From Deltaproteobacteria bacterium (lineage in GTDB: Bacteria > Desulfobacterota > Desulfobacteria > Desulfobacterales > Magnetomoraceae): a stretch of 51,167 nt of DNA. Under the pieces are notes generated by a model. The model was not told the origin of the DNA. It searched no databases and was given only the letters and a program-made list of their open reading frames with translations. Below are positions 1 through 9,090 of this stretch, piece by piece. Every line of letters begins with the position of its first letter. The first letter of the stretch is position 1. Position numbers and translations under genes: made by a program. The stretch spans positions 1 through 51,167 of the forward strand of contig PEAL01000001.1 of NCBI GenBank assembly GCA_002753725.1, in the 5' to 3' direction.

Positions 1-149
1 TGAACAACAAAACACCACAAAACACTCTATTGCACAACATAACACCATATAGCACCTATTTGACAAATGCCATGCTATGATCAAAAAAAAAAACAGTGAA
101 TAAAATCCACTGGTTTCAAATGGTTATACCCTTTTTGACTTAAAAAGGA

Positions 150-233
150 TGCCGAAGGGGAGATTTGAACTCCCACGAGGAATCCCCCACTAGACCCTGA
201 ACCTAGCGCGTCTACCAATTCCGCCACTTCGGC
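150..233 (-). tRNA. tRNA-Leu (anticodon CAG)
   Basis: The reverse complement reads GCCGAAGTGGCGGAATTGGTAGACGCGCTAGGTTCAGGGTCTAGTGGGGGATTCCTCGTGGGAGTTCAAATCTCCCCTTCGGCA. It has a 7-bp acceptor stem (GCCGAAG/CTTCGGC), a D-loop AATTGGTAGA, an anticodon loop TTCAGGG, a long variable arm typical of class II tRNA, and a T-loop GTTCAAATC. CCA is not encoded. Confidence 0.93.
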
Positions 234-328
234 AAAAGAAAAATTGATTTTTAAAAAAGAATCTGCTATTTAAATACTTTTTATTTTTTTGTCAAGTGAA
301 AAGTTAAATCTTTTACTTCTGGATTTGT

Positions 329-1282
329 ATGAAACGAATTAATGGTATTGAAAATATTGCAACACCCTTTTCAAGGGCTGTTTTAACGATTGGAAATTTT
401 GACGGTGTACATTTGGGACATCAGCGTTTGTTCGCTCGTGTCGTTGAAACCGCAAAAAAGATTAATGGTACTTCAGCAGCCATGACATTTGAGCCGCATC
501 CGATGAAAGTTCTACAACCTGATGGCTGCCCATTTCCTTTAATTACCCTGTTTGAACAAAAAATGGAGCTGATGGAAAAAACGGGCCTGGATATATTAAT
601 TGTTATTCCTTTTAATCATGAATTTGCACAAATCTCTGCACAAAGTTTTGTTCAGGATCTTCTGGTCAACCGAATTGGTATTAAAGCAATGATTATTGGT
701 AATGACTATTGTTTTGGTAAAAAACGAGAAGGGAATGTTCAACTGCTTCAACAGTATGGTCGTGAATTAGGATTCGATGTTCAGGTGGTTCCTTGGAAGC
801 CTGTTGGCAACAAACTGGAAAGCCGTATCAGCTCTACTGCTATCCGGTCAGCAGTTTCATCGGGTGACCTTGATCAAGCCCGGGCAATGTTAGGGAGATA
901 TTATCAAGTTCGTGGGATTGTCAGACGTGGCAGAAATCGAGGCGGCCGACTGCTCGGCTTTCCAACTGCAAACCTTCAGCTTTGCGATGAATTAAAACCC
1001 TTAAGCGGTGTCTATGCTGTCAGTGTTCTTTTACAAAACAAAAGTTATCTGGGGGTAGCCAATATTGGTTTTTCACCAACATTCGATGACCAACAATATA
1101 CACTTGAAGTTCATTTGCTTGATTTTTTAGAAAATATTTACGACAAAAATATTTGTGTCAATTTTATTAAACGTCTGCGGGGTGAAAAGAAATTTTCTTC
1201 CATTGAAGCTTTGTCGGATCAGATTCATCGAGATATTCATGATGCCCAAATTATCTTCGCATCCCTCCGGTTATCTGAATGA
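329..1282 (+). CDS. ribF: Bifunctional riboflavin kinase / FAD synthetase
   Basis: N-terminal nucleotidyltransferase motif GNFDGVHLGHQ. C-terminal riboflavin kinase region GRxLGFPTAN ... LEVHLLDF. Length is 317 aa. Confidence 0.92.
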   Translation: MKRINGIENIATPFSRAVLTIGNFDGVHLGHQRLFARVVETAKKINGTSAAMTFEPHPMKVLQPDGCPFPLITLFEQKMELMEKTGLDILIVIPFNHEFAQISAQSFVQDLLVNRIGIKAMIIGNDYCFGKKREGNVQLLQQYGRELGFDVQVVPWKPVGNKLESRISSTAIRSAVSSGDLDQARAMLGRYYQVRGIVRRGRNRGGRLLGFPTANLQLCDELKPLSGVYAVSVLLQNKSYLGVANIGFSPTFDDQQYTLEVHLLDFLENIYDKNICVNFIKRLRGEKKFSSIEALSDQIHRDIHDAQIIFASLRLSE

Positions 1283-2361
1283 AATACATATCATTTATCA
1301 TTGGTTTAGTATTATCCGGTGCAGCGCTTTACTTAACGCTCATTAATGTTCCTTTGCATACACTATGGGAATATTTCTTTTCCATTCAGTTCCGTTGGGT
1401 TTTTATTTCAATAGGAATTAATTATATCAGTTTTTTGATACGAGCTTACCGGTGGCAACAGATTGTCAAAGAAATTCAGCCCATAAGCTTTTGTGCCGCA
1501 TACCATCCCACAGCCATCGCCTTTATGATCAATTGTATTCTTCCTGGACGTGTGGGTGAACTAGCTCGTCCTGCAATACTGTATCAAAAAAAACGTGTTC
1601 CTCTCTCTGGAGGTTTATCAACCATTGTAACTGAACGTTTGTTTGATATTACGATATTGATATTATTGTATGCCCTGGTCTTTATATATGTTGATATTGA
1701 TCCGAACTATCAAATGGAAATATTTAACTATACACTTTCTCAGACAACTCTTTCAACCCTGGCAACACATATTTTCGGGCTGTTCATCTTCTTGCTGGTA
1801 TGTATTGTCTGTATCAATGTGCAACGTATACGGTCATGGTTTAAACGTATTTTTCTACAAATACCGCGGTTGATTTTTTTTGCTGGTCCCCGTGTACAGA
1901 CATTTATTGCACATAAATGTGTTGATCCGATGATCAATATCATGGATCATGTTGCTGAAGGGTTTTCTTTATTAAGACGACCCGCCCGAATAATTCATTG
2001 TTTTTTTCTATCTGTTGTGATTTGGTTATTGGTTGCCTTTTCATATTTTGTTATGAGTTTTGGATGCACAGAACTCCATATCAGTTTTTTTGAAATGTGT
2101 GCTGTTCTGGTGATGATCTGTTTTTTTATTTCATTACCATCTGTACCCGGTTATTGGGGATTGTGGGAGGCGGGTGGCGTTTTTGCCATGACCATCTTTG
2201 GTATCGGAGAAAAAGAAGCGGTTGGTTTTACACTTGTTAATCATGCTGCCCAAGTTTTTCCTATAATTGTCGCGGGTCTTATTTCCGCCTTTTTAACAGG
2301 AACATCCATTTTCTCTTCCAGTCAACGAGAAACGGTTGAGAAAATACAAATAAAAGAGTAA
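1279..2361 (+). CDS. Flippase-like / lysylphosphatidylglycerol-synthase-TM-type (UPF0104) integral membrane protein
   Basis: About 8 hydrophobic helices. The conserved RAYRWQ and PGRVGELARP motifs are typical of this family. There is an ATGA overlap with the ribF stop. Confidence 0.7.
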   Translation: MKYISFIIGLVLSGAALYLTLINVPLHTLWEYFFSIQFRWVFISIGINYISFLIRAYRWQQIVKEIQPISFCAAYHPTAIAFMINCILPGRVGELARPAILYQKKRVPLSGGLSTIVTERLFDITILILLYALVFIYVDIDPNYQMEIFNYTLSQTTLSTLATHIFGLFIFLLVCIVCINVQRIRSWFKRIFLQIPRLIFFAGPRVQTFIAHKCVDPMINIMDHVAEGFSLLRRPARIIHCFFLSVVIWLLVAFSYFVMSFGCTELHISFFEMCAVLVMICFFISLPSVPGYWGLWEAGGVFAMTIFGIGEKEAVGFTLVNHAAQVFPIIVAGLISAFLTGTSIFSSSQRETVEKIQIKE

Positions 2362-2365
2362 AAAT

Positions 2366-2923
2366 ATGTCTGTTTTAGATATTTTTGTCTATCCTGATCC
2401 AATCTTGAAGAAAAAAGCGGCGTCTATTGAATCAATAGATGAAAGTATTCATCAATTAATTCATGATATGGCTGATACGTTGTATTCTGTTCAGGGAATT
2501 GGTCTGGCAGCGCCACAAGTCGGTTTTAGTAAACAACTGTTGCTGTATGATTTGGATCGTAACGATTTACAAGAAGGACTGTCTGATGAGGAACGTCTTC
2601 AACAAAAGAATTACAAGGTTATCATAAATCCTGAAATAATATTGACTGAAGGTACTGTTCTTTCTGAAAATGAAGGATGTTTAAGCGTTCCTGATTTCAG
2701 ATCAGACGTCTATCGCGCAAAAAAAATTCATCTGAAAGCAATGGATGAACATGGAAACGCTATAGACATTGAAACAGATGACTTCCTGTCTGTTGTCCTG
2801 CAACATGAGGTGGATCATCTAAATGGTGTATTATTTATCGATTATGTCAGTTCTCTCAAGCGAGAAATGTATAAACGCCGCATTATGAAAAAAAGAAAGA
2901 AAAATAAGCGTAAAAAAGAATGA
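2366..2923 (+). CDS. def: Peptide deformylase
   Basis: The three signature motifs GIGLAAPQ, EGCLS and HEVDH are present. A lysine-rich tail follows. Confidence 0.95.
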   Translation: MSVLDIFVYPDPILKKKAASIESIDESIHQLIHDMADTLYSVQGIGLAAPQVGFSKQLLLYDLDRNDLQEGLSDEERLQQKNYKVIINPEIILTEGTVLSENEGCLSVPDFRSDVYRAKKIHLKAMDEHGNAIDIETDDFLSVVLQHEVDHLNGVLFIDYVSSLKREMYKRRIMKKRKKNKRKKE

Positions 2924-3858
2924 AACAACAACGAATTATATTTTTAGGAACACCTGATTTTGCAGTACCATCTTTAGAGATGTTGTATCATAGCACACAC
3001 AACATTGTGAGCGTTATTACGCAACCGGATCGTCCTAAAGGCAGAGGAAAAAAGCTGGAATCCTCGCCAATCAAAAAAAAGGCTCTTGAATTGGGACTGA
3101 ATATTCTTCAGCCAAAATCTATCAATTCTCCGGAGTGCATTGAACAAATTCAATCATTACATCCAGATTTTTTGATTGTTGTTGCCTTTGGACAGTTACT
3201 CAAAAAACCTCTATTGAATATTGCTTCAAGAGGGGTTTTAAATGTTCATCCGTCTCTTTTGCCAAAGTATCGTGGTCCAGCTCCCATTCAATGGTCGATT
3301 ATTCATGGATGTGAACAGTCAGGCGTTTCAATTATGAAACTGGATGAAGGCCTTGATACTGGTGATATTCTACAGGTTCAGATGATTTCCATTCAACCTG
3401 ATGAAACAGCAGGAATGCTTCATCAGCGTCTATCCAAAACAGGTGCGATCTTGCTTGTCAATACGATAGAAAAAATAGTCAACCAATCTGTTACGCCAAT
3501 GCCACAGGATCATTCTCTTGCCACCTATGCGCCCATATTATCCAAAAAAGATGGTCTGATTCAATGGCAACAACCGACAACATCGATTATTAATTTCATT
3601 CGCGGAATGAATCCCTGGCCTGGTGCTTTTACATTTATTGATAACAAACGATTTAAAATATTTAGAGCTGAAAATATTGATGGCATAGAACAACAACCTC
3701 CGGGTACCGTTCTTGATGCTTTTCCAGGCGAATTATGGATTGCCACTGAAGATGGATGTTTGTCTATTTTAGAAATTCAAAGTGCTTCTGGAAAACGGTT
3801 GGCTATTGAAAATTTTCTCAGAGGAAACACGATTGCTCCCGGAACAATTCTTTCTTAA
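2920..3858 (+). CDS. fmt: Methionyl-tRNA formyltransferase
   Basis: FLGTPDFAVP N-terminus and the HPSLLPKYRGPAPIQ formyltransferase motif. ATGA overlap with def gives the classic def-fmt pair. Confidence 0.95.
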   Translation: MKQQRIIFLGTPDFAVPSLEMLYHSTHNIVSVITQPDRPKGRGKKLESSPIKKKALELGLNILQPKSINSPECIEQIQSLHPDFLIVVAFGQLLKKPLLNIASRGVLNVHPSLLPKYRGPAPIQWSIIHGCEQSGVSIMKLDEGLDTGDILQVQMISIQPDETAGMLHQRLSKTGAILLVNTIEKIVNQSVTPMPQDHSLATYAPILSKKDGLIQWQQPTTSIINFIRGMNPWPGAFTFIDNKRFKIFRAENIDGIEQQPPGTVLDAFPGELWIATEDGCLSILEIQSASGKRLAIENFLRGNTIAPGTILS

Positions 3859-3909
3859 GAACCATAATTTATTTAGAGAACTTTCGATCATCAATTAATA
3901 GGAGTTTTT

Positions 3910-5244
3910 ATGAGAGTATCCTTTTTATCTATACTATTAATAAGTTTATTTATTCCTTTTTTGACGCATGCTTCATTTGTTCCAAAATTTCAGGATCAAA
4001 ATATTCATATCAACGATCTTGTGAAACTTTCCGAAACCGGGCAATTATTACTTCTTCATCCAGAAAAAAAAGTTTCATTACCCATTGGAAACGAAAAAAT
4101 AAATGACTTCGATGTCCGATTTTTGACCTCAATATGCGTTATTGAAGCCCCGGTTCATCGTGTTCGCGAAGTTGTGATGGATTTTTCGCATTACCATGAA
4201 TTTATGCCGCAAACCAGCTCCTCCACAATCCTTTCAAAATCAAAAAATCATGTAATCAATGAAATCAAACTATCGGTTAAAGTTCCTTTAATTCATATTG
4301 GTGTAAAGTTTACATTGGATTATTTTATGGAGCCTGATGGCGATATTAGCTGGTTTCGTGTTAAAGGTGATATGAAAGGGAATGTAGGACGATATGAATT
4401 CATTTCTCTTGGGCCCAATCGAACCATGCTCATAATGACCTATTGGACTGAATTACGAGGTATTGGCTTTCTAATGCGACTGTTACTAAGAGCCCAGCCA
4501 GATTTGGAAATGGCGATACCTGTATCCACAGGTTCATTGATTCTGGATGCCATCAAAAAACGATGTGAACTGACAGCTCAAGACGTTCCACCGGATATTA
4601 ACACGATCAGCAAGTTACCAAAAGATCCAATCATTCCTGTCTTAACCCAATCAAATATACCGGTAGATACGATCCAATTGCTTTCACGAATAGGAACTCT
4701 TGTTTTTGTGCATCCTGTTCAATGGATCAGAACAGAAAATAATGAGCCTGTTGCTGTCAAATTTGTAACAGCCGCCGGAAGAATGCAAGGTCCACTTGAA
4801 GCTGTAAAACCATTGGTTTCAGATTTTTCACGCTATTCAGAATTCATGTACCAGGTTAAATATGCCAAACGAGAATTGACGTATGATGGAATGATGGTTA
4901 ACTGGCGTTTAAAACTGGGGTTTGCTATCTTTAAATTCTACCTGGATTTTGTATTGGATTATGAATGGAAAAGCAATACTATCCTTTTATATCATTGTAA
5001 AGAGGGTGATTTGGAATATAACTATGGATCCTGGGAATGGTTTCGTCTATCAGACAATCAAACAATGACTTTTTTTACAACAGCTATTCCAATAGGCAAA
5101 CGAGCACCGATGATATTGAAATTTACCAAAATGATTCCCAATAGCCAGGTGGTGATGGGTGCATCGTCCACAGTTGTGGCCATTGAAAAAATGACGCCCT
5201 GGGTAGAAGATCAGGTATTGGAAGCGACGAATTTATATCAATAA
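3910..5244 (+). CDS. Secreted protein with two SRPBCC (START / polyketide-cyclase-like) repeats
   Basis: Sec-type signal peptide MRVSFLSILLISLFIPFLTHA. There are two internally similar halves (VMDFSHYHEFMPQ ... and VSDFSRYSEFMYQ ...). The fold assignment is from motif resemblance only. Confidence 0.5.
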   Translation: MRVSFLSILLISLFIPFLTHASFVPKFQDQNIHINDLVKLSETGQLLLLHPEKKVSLPIGNEKINDFDVRFLTSICVIEAPVHRVREVVMDFSHYHEFMPQTSSSTILSKSKNHVINEIKLSVKVPLIHIGVKFTLDYFMEPDGDISWFRVKGDMKGNVGRYEFISLGPNRTMLIMTYWTELRGIGFLMRLLLRAQPDLEMAIPVSTGSLILDAIKKRCELTAQDVPPDINTISKLPKDPIIPVLTQSNIPVDTIQLLSRIGTLVFVHPVQWIRTENNEPVAVKFVTAAGRMQGPLEAVKPLVSDFSRYSEFMYQVKYAKRELTYDGMMVNWRLKLGFAIFKFYLDFVLDYEWKSNTILLYHCKEGDLEYNYGSWEWFRLSDNQTMTFFTTAIPIGKRAPMILKFTKMIPNSQVVMGASSTVVAIEKMTPWVEDQVLEATNLYQ

Positions 5245-5309
5245 TAATCATTTTGATCTTAGAAACCCTTACGGATTGCAAGTTCTTTTTGAAAGGCAAT
5301 AGTCATTTT

Positions 5310-6140
5310 ATGGAAAAAATTTCAGTCATCATTCCAGTATACAATCGGCCTGATTTTGTTAGAGAGGCGATACAATCCGTTCTCGATCAGACATACCCTG
5401 ACATTGAAATTATTGTTGTCAATGATGGTTCCACCGACAATACCGCTGATGTAATGGATCAATTTGGAGATAGGATTTCTGTAATCTATCAGGAAAATCA
5501 GGGGGTAAGCGCAGCTCGAAATACGGGACTTCGTCACAGTTCTGCCCAATGGATCGCTTTTTTAGATTCTGATGATATCTGGCTGCCTGAAAAATTAACC
5601 TTGCAAATGCAATTTATGAAAAATAATACAACAGCACGGATCTGTCAGACCGAAGAAATTTGGATAAAAGATGGTAAACGATTATATCCCAAAAAAAAAC
5701 ATACCAAAAAATCTGGAATGATTTTTAAGCATTGCCTGCCGTTGTGTATTGTCAGTCCATCAGCCGTGATCATTCATAAAGAATTGTTTGATCAGGTTGG
5801 AATGTTTGATGAATCCTTACCTGCATGTGAAGATTATGACTTATGGCTTCGCATCTCCTGTAAGCACCCCATTTATTTGCTTGATTGTCCACTGATTATC
5901 AAAAGAGGAGGGCATTCAGATCAGCTGTCTCAGGCGATTCGTCTGGATCGATTTCGTATCCAGGCCCTGAGTAAACTTTTACATAGTAATGTATTGACAG
6001 ACACGCAACGCCTTGAAGCAGAAAAAGAACTTGAACGAAAGTGTCAGATTTATAAAAAAGGGTGTATCAAGCATGCTCGTCTTGAGGAAGCAGAAGCAAT
6101 TGACCGTCTGCTGAGTCATCTGATAAGGAACCAAAACTAA
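5310..6140 (+). CDS. Family 2 glycosyltransferase
   Basis: ISVIIPVYNRPDFV ... VVNDGSTD ... LDSDD (DxD) pattern. The start is placed at the internal ATG (MEKISVII) rather than the ORF-track start at 5253. Confidence 0.8.
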   Translation: MEKISVIIPVYNRPDFVREAIQSVLDQTYPDIEIIVVNDGSTDNTADVMDQFGDRISVIYQENQGVSAARNTGLRHSSAQWIAFLDSDDIWLPEKLTLQMQFMKNNTTARICQTEEIWIKDGKRLYPKKKHTKKSGMIFKHCLPLCIVSPSAVIIHKELFDQVGMFDESLPACEDYDLWLRISCKHPIYLLDCPLIIKRGGHSDQLSQAIRLDRFRIQALSKLLHSNVLTDTQRLEAEKELERKCQIYKKGCIKHARLEEAEAIDRLLSHLIRNQN

Positions 6141-6184
6141 AAAAACGATGAATTAATTTTAAAAACATTGTAAGACGTTTTATA

Positions 6185-7570
6185 ATGAAACAATATAAAG
6201 ATATTTCAAATAAAATTCCTAATAATTCCATGGCAATTATTCTGGAAAGTATATCCGATGGTGTTTTTACCGTTGATAAAAATTGGCGCATAACATCTTT
6301 CAACCGTGCTGCTGAGGAAATTACAGATATTTCAAAAAAAGATGCGATTGGTGTCTATTGTTGTGAAGTTTTTCGCTCCAATATGTGCAATGATGAATGC
6401 GCGTTGCGTCAAACAATTGAAACAGGAAAGCCCATCGTAAACAAGTTGGCATTTATTATCAATGCGAAAGGTAAACGAATCCCAATTAGTGTCTCAACAG
6501 CTTTATTGCGAGATGACACGGGGCAGGTTGTTGGAGGTGCAGAAACATTTCGTGACTTGAGTCTTGTAGAAGAACTTCGACGAGAATTAAAAGCCCAATT
6601 TCAAATTGGTGACATTATTAGTCAAAGCCCGGCAATGAAGCAATTTTTTGATATATTACCACAAATTTCAGCCAGCGAAAGCAGTGTATTAATTCAAGGA
6701 GAAACAGGCACCGGAAAAGAACTGACTGCAAAAGCTATCCATAATTTAAGTTATCGAAAAAATAAGCCTTTTATTGCATTAAACTGTGGCGCACTTCCAG
6801 ATAATTTATTGGAATCTGAATTGTTTGGTTATAAAACTGGCGCTTTTACAGGTGCAACAATGGATAAACCAGGGCGATTTGCGCTGGCAGAAGGCGGAAC
6901 GTTATTTCTTGATGAAATCGGGGAGGTCAGTAAAGCACTTCAGGTTAGACTTTTAAGAGTTTTGCAAGAAAAAACCTATGAACCACTGGGTGGAACCAAA
7001 ACGATTCATGCCAATGTTCGAATTATTGCTGCTACAAATAGAGATTTATCCGACCTGGTGAAACTGAAAAAGTTTAGACAGGACTTGTTCTATAGAATCA
7101 ACGTTGTTAAAATTGAATTACCCTCATTAAGAAAAAGAAAAGAGGATATCCCGCTTCTGATTGACCATTTTATCAAGCGGTTTAATCGATTTCAAAGTAA
7201 ATCCATCACCGGAATTTGCCAGGAAGCGATGTCGCTTCTACTGGCACATGATTATCCAGGAAATATTCGAGAGCTTGAAAATATTATTGAGCATGCCTTT
7301 GTTTTATGTCACAAAGGAGACATTTTACTCAATCATTTGCCGGATGATTTTGTCACTGATATAAAACGTCCACTATCAGAATCCTCAACCATTACTGAAT
7401 CCATTCGTGCCGTTGAGATTCAAGGCCTGCTTGATATTCTTAAGCGCAATAATTATAACCGACTCGCAACCGCTCGTGAATTAGGAATTCATAAAACGAC
7501 ATTGTTTAGAAAATTGAAAAAATTAGGTATAAAACTCCCGGAAACTGATGGTCGATCAAGTCGACAGTGA
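6185..7570 (+). CDS. Sigma-54-dependent transcriptional activator (PAS sensor, AAA+ domain, Fis-type HTH; no receiver domain)
   Basis: Walker A GETGTGKE, ESELFGY, the GAFTGA sigma-54 contact loop, and a C-terminal HTH ATARELGIHKTTLFRKLKKLGI. The N-terminal PAS carries Cys59-Cys60-x7-Cys68-x3-Cys72. Confidence 0.92.
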   Translation: MKQYKDISNKIPNNSMAIILESISDGVFTVDKNWRITSFNRAAEEITDISKKDAIGVYCCEVFRSNMCNDECALRQTIETGKPIVNKLAFIINAKGKRIPISVSTALLRDDTGQVVGGAETFRDLSLVEELRRELKAQFQIGDIISQSPAMKQFFDILPQISASESSVLIQGETGTGKELTAKAIHNLSYRKNKPFIALNCGALPDNLLESELFGYKTGAFTGATMDKPGRFALAEGGTLFLDEIGEVSKALQVRLLRVLQEKTYEPLGGTKTIHANVRIIAATNRDLSDLVKLKKFRQDLFYRINVVKIELPSLRKRKEDIPLLIDHFIKRFNRFQSKSITGICQEAMSLLLAHDYPGNIRELENIIEHAFVLCHKGDILLNHLPDDFVTDIKRPLSESSTITESIRAVEIQGLLDILKRNNYNRLATARELGIHKTTLFRKLKKLGIKLPETDGRSSRQ

Positions 7571-7614
7571 TGACCATCATCCCCAACAATTTGAAATGGG
7601 AAAGAAAGGGCGAC

Positions 7615-7638
7615 GTCCCAAATCCCAAGATTTGGGAC
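7615..7638. repeat. Perfect 10-bp inverted repeat GTCCCAAATC-ccaa-GATTTGGGAC, copy 1 of the TCCCAAA-N8-TTTGGGA motif
   Basis: Read directly from the sequence, 45 nt after the activator stop. No T-tract follows. A second copy of the core motif lies at 27959-27980. Confidence 0.7.
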
Positions 7639-7821
7639 TCACCCCCCAAAATTTAACAAATCCCTTAATAAGGATTCTCATTCAGTCAGTGTCATCTATC
7701 ATTCTCACTCAATCACAAAACTGCTTTCCACCGCAAACGCCCCGCCTTTAAATGACGTATCAACGGCCTGCACACTCCAGTAATACGTCCCCGTAGATAG
7801 ATTTCGCAATTTATAAAATAG

Positions 7822-7836
7822 TGGCTGGGAATTCGC
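7822..7836 (+). promoter_or_regulatory. Candidate sigma-54 (-24/-12) promoter upstream of the amidohydrolase gene
   Basis: TGGCTGGGAATTCGC has the invariant GG-N10-GC spacing, but the -12 element is imperfect (TCGC rather than TTGC). It lies 76 nt upstream of the ATG at 7912 and next to a sigma-54 activator gene. Confidence 0.35.
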
Positions 7837-7911
7837 CGAGCCGAGGGGGAGATTCTTTATTGCTAATAGCATTTAATCATGTTACCTCCTGCTCATGCGA
7901 AAGAGTCAATC

Positions 7912-9090
7912 ATGAATGTGAAATATATTCATACCGGATGGTTGATTGATGGCACCGGACAAGATATTCAAAAAGATAGGGTGCTGACCATTCTCAATCA
8001 TACGCTTGTATCAATCGATCCTGTCAACCAGGATTTAATAAAAAAAATCACGCTTGATTTATCCAGACATACTATTTTACCGCCACTGATTGATGCACAT
8101 GTTCATTTATCCATGTCCGGGACACTTGATTTAAATCGTCGCCAATCTCAATTGAAGATGGATTTTCATGACGCACAACAATTGATTGTTCACCATTTAA
8201 ATACGTATCATGCATCAGGTATTTCAGATGTTCGTGATGGTGGAGATCACTGTGGACATACCCATCGTTTTAAGCAAACAAAAAAGCATTGTGTTCAGAT
8301 CCATTCTCCTGGAGTGGGCTGGCATCGAGAAGGTCGATATGGATCGTTTGTGGGGAAAGGAATTCCAGAAAATGAAAAATGTTTACATCATATCAAGACC
8401 TTTCAAGACATAGATCATATTAAAATTATTTTATCAGGTATGAATAGCTTGAAAACGTTTGGAAAACAGACGCCTGAACAGTTCTCCAGGAAAGATATGT
8501 CTGCCATTTGTCAGTGGGCTTATAAAAACAACACGCCTGTGATGGTGCATGCCAATGGTGAACATCCTGTTCATATAGCTATTGAATCAGGATGCTCTTC
8601 CATTGAACATGGTTACTTTATGGGGTCAGAAAATTTAAAAAAAATGGCTGATCAACAAATTTTTTGGACCCCTACATTGATTCCCATGTATACACTATCT
8701 GAGTACCTGGACAATCCAACAGAAAAAGACATCGCCCTGCGAACCTTTGATGATCAATGCAAGCAACTCATAAACGCTAAAACGTTGGGCGTTCCTGTTG
8801 TTTGCGGAAGTGATGCCGGAAGTTACGGCGTTGATCATGGAAAAAGTTTATTTGATGAACTTCAACTATTTGTCAGATGCGGATATTCTTTACCTCAAGC
8901 CATTCAATCCTGTACCTCCCTGAGCAACAAACTTTTGCGCAGTAAATTATCTGGAACACTTCAAAAAGGTGAACCTGCAAGGTTTATTGCAATAGAGGCA
9001 TCACCTGATAATTTTGTGGAAACGAGATCCCATCTTCATCCTCTGTTTCAGATGTTTGACGAATATTATGATGATTATCAAGTAGCTTGA
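7912..9090 (+). CDS. Metal-dependent amidohydrolase family protein
   Basis: PPLIDAHVHL metal-binding motif, later VMVHANG and CGSDAG. The start is chosen at the ATG preceded by AAAGAG; the ORF track starts at 7879. Confidence 0.8.
   Translation: MNVKYIHTGWLIDGTGQDIQKDRVLTILNHTLVSIDPVNQDLIKKITLDLSRHTILPPLIDAHVHLSMSGTLDLNRRQSQLKMDFHDAQQLIVHHLNTYHASGISDVRDGGDHCGHTHRFKQTKKHCVQIHSPGVGWHREGRYGSFVGKGIPENEKCLHHIKTFQDIDHIKIILSGMNSLKTFGKQTPEQFSRKDMSAICQWAYKNNTPVMVHANGEHPVHIAIESGCSSIEHGYFMGSENLKKMADQQIFWTPTLIPMYTLSEYLDNPTEKDIALRTFDDQCKQLINAKTLGVPVVCGSDAGSYGVDHGKSLFDELQLFVRCGYSLPQAIQSCTSLSNKLLRSKLSGTLQKGEPARFIAIEASPDNFVETRSHLHPLFQMFDEYYDDYQVA

Noticed and set aside
1-149. A CA-rich tract at the window start (AACAACAAAACACCACAAAACAC), an A11 run at 83-93, and a weak AT hairpin (130-148) just 3' of the tRNA.
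   Set aside because: There is no repeat periodicity, ORF or conserved RNA motif that I can recognise. The hairpin is only 7 bp, mostly A-T, so it is not confidently a terminator.
7548-7751. A 67-aa ORF in the activator-amidohydrolase spacer.
   Set aside because: It has low-complexity, proline- and glutamine-rich composition and no RBS. It overlaps the activator stop and the palindrome, so it is most likely non-coding.
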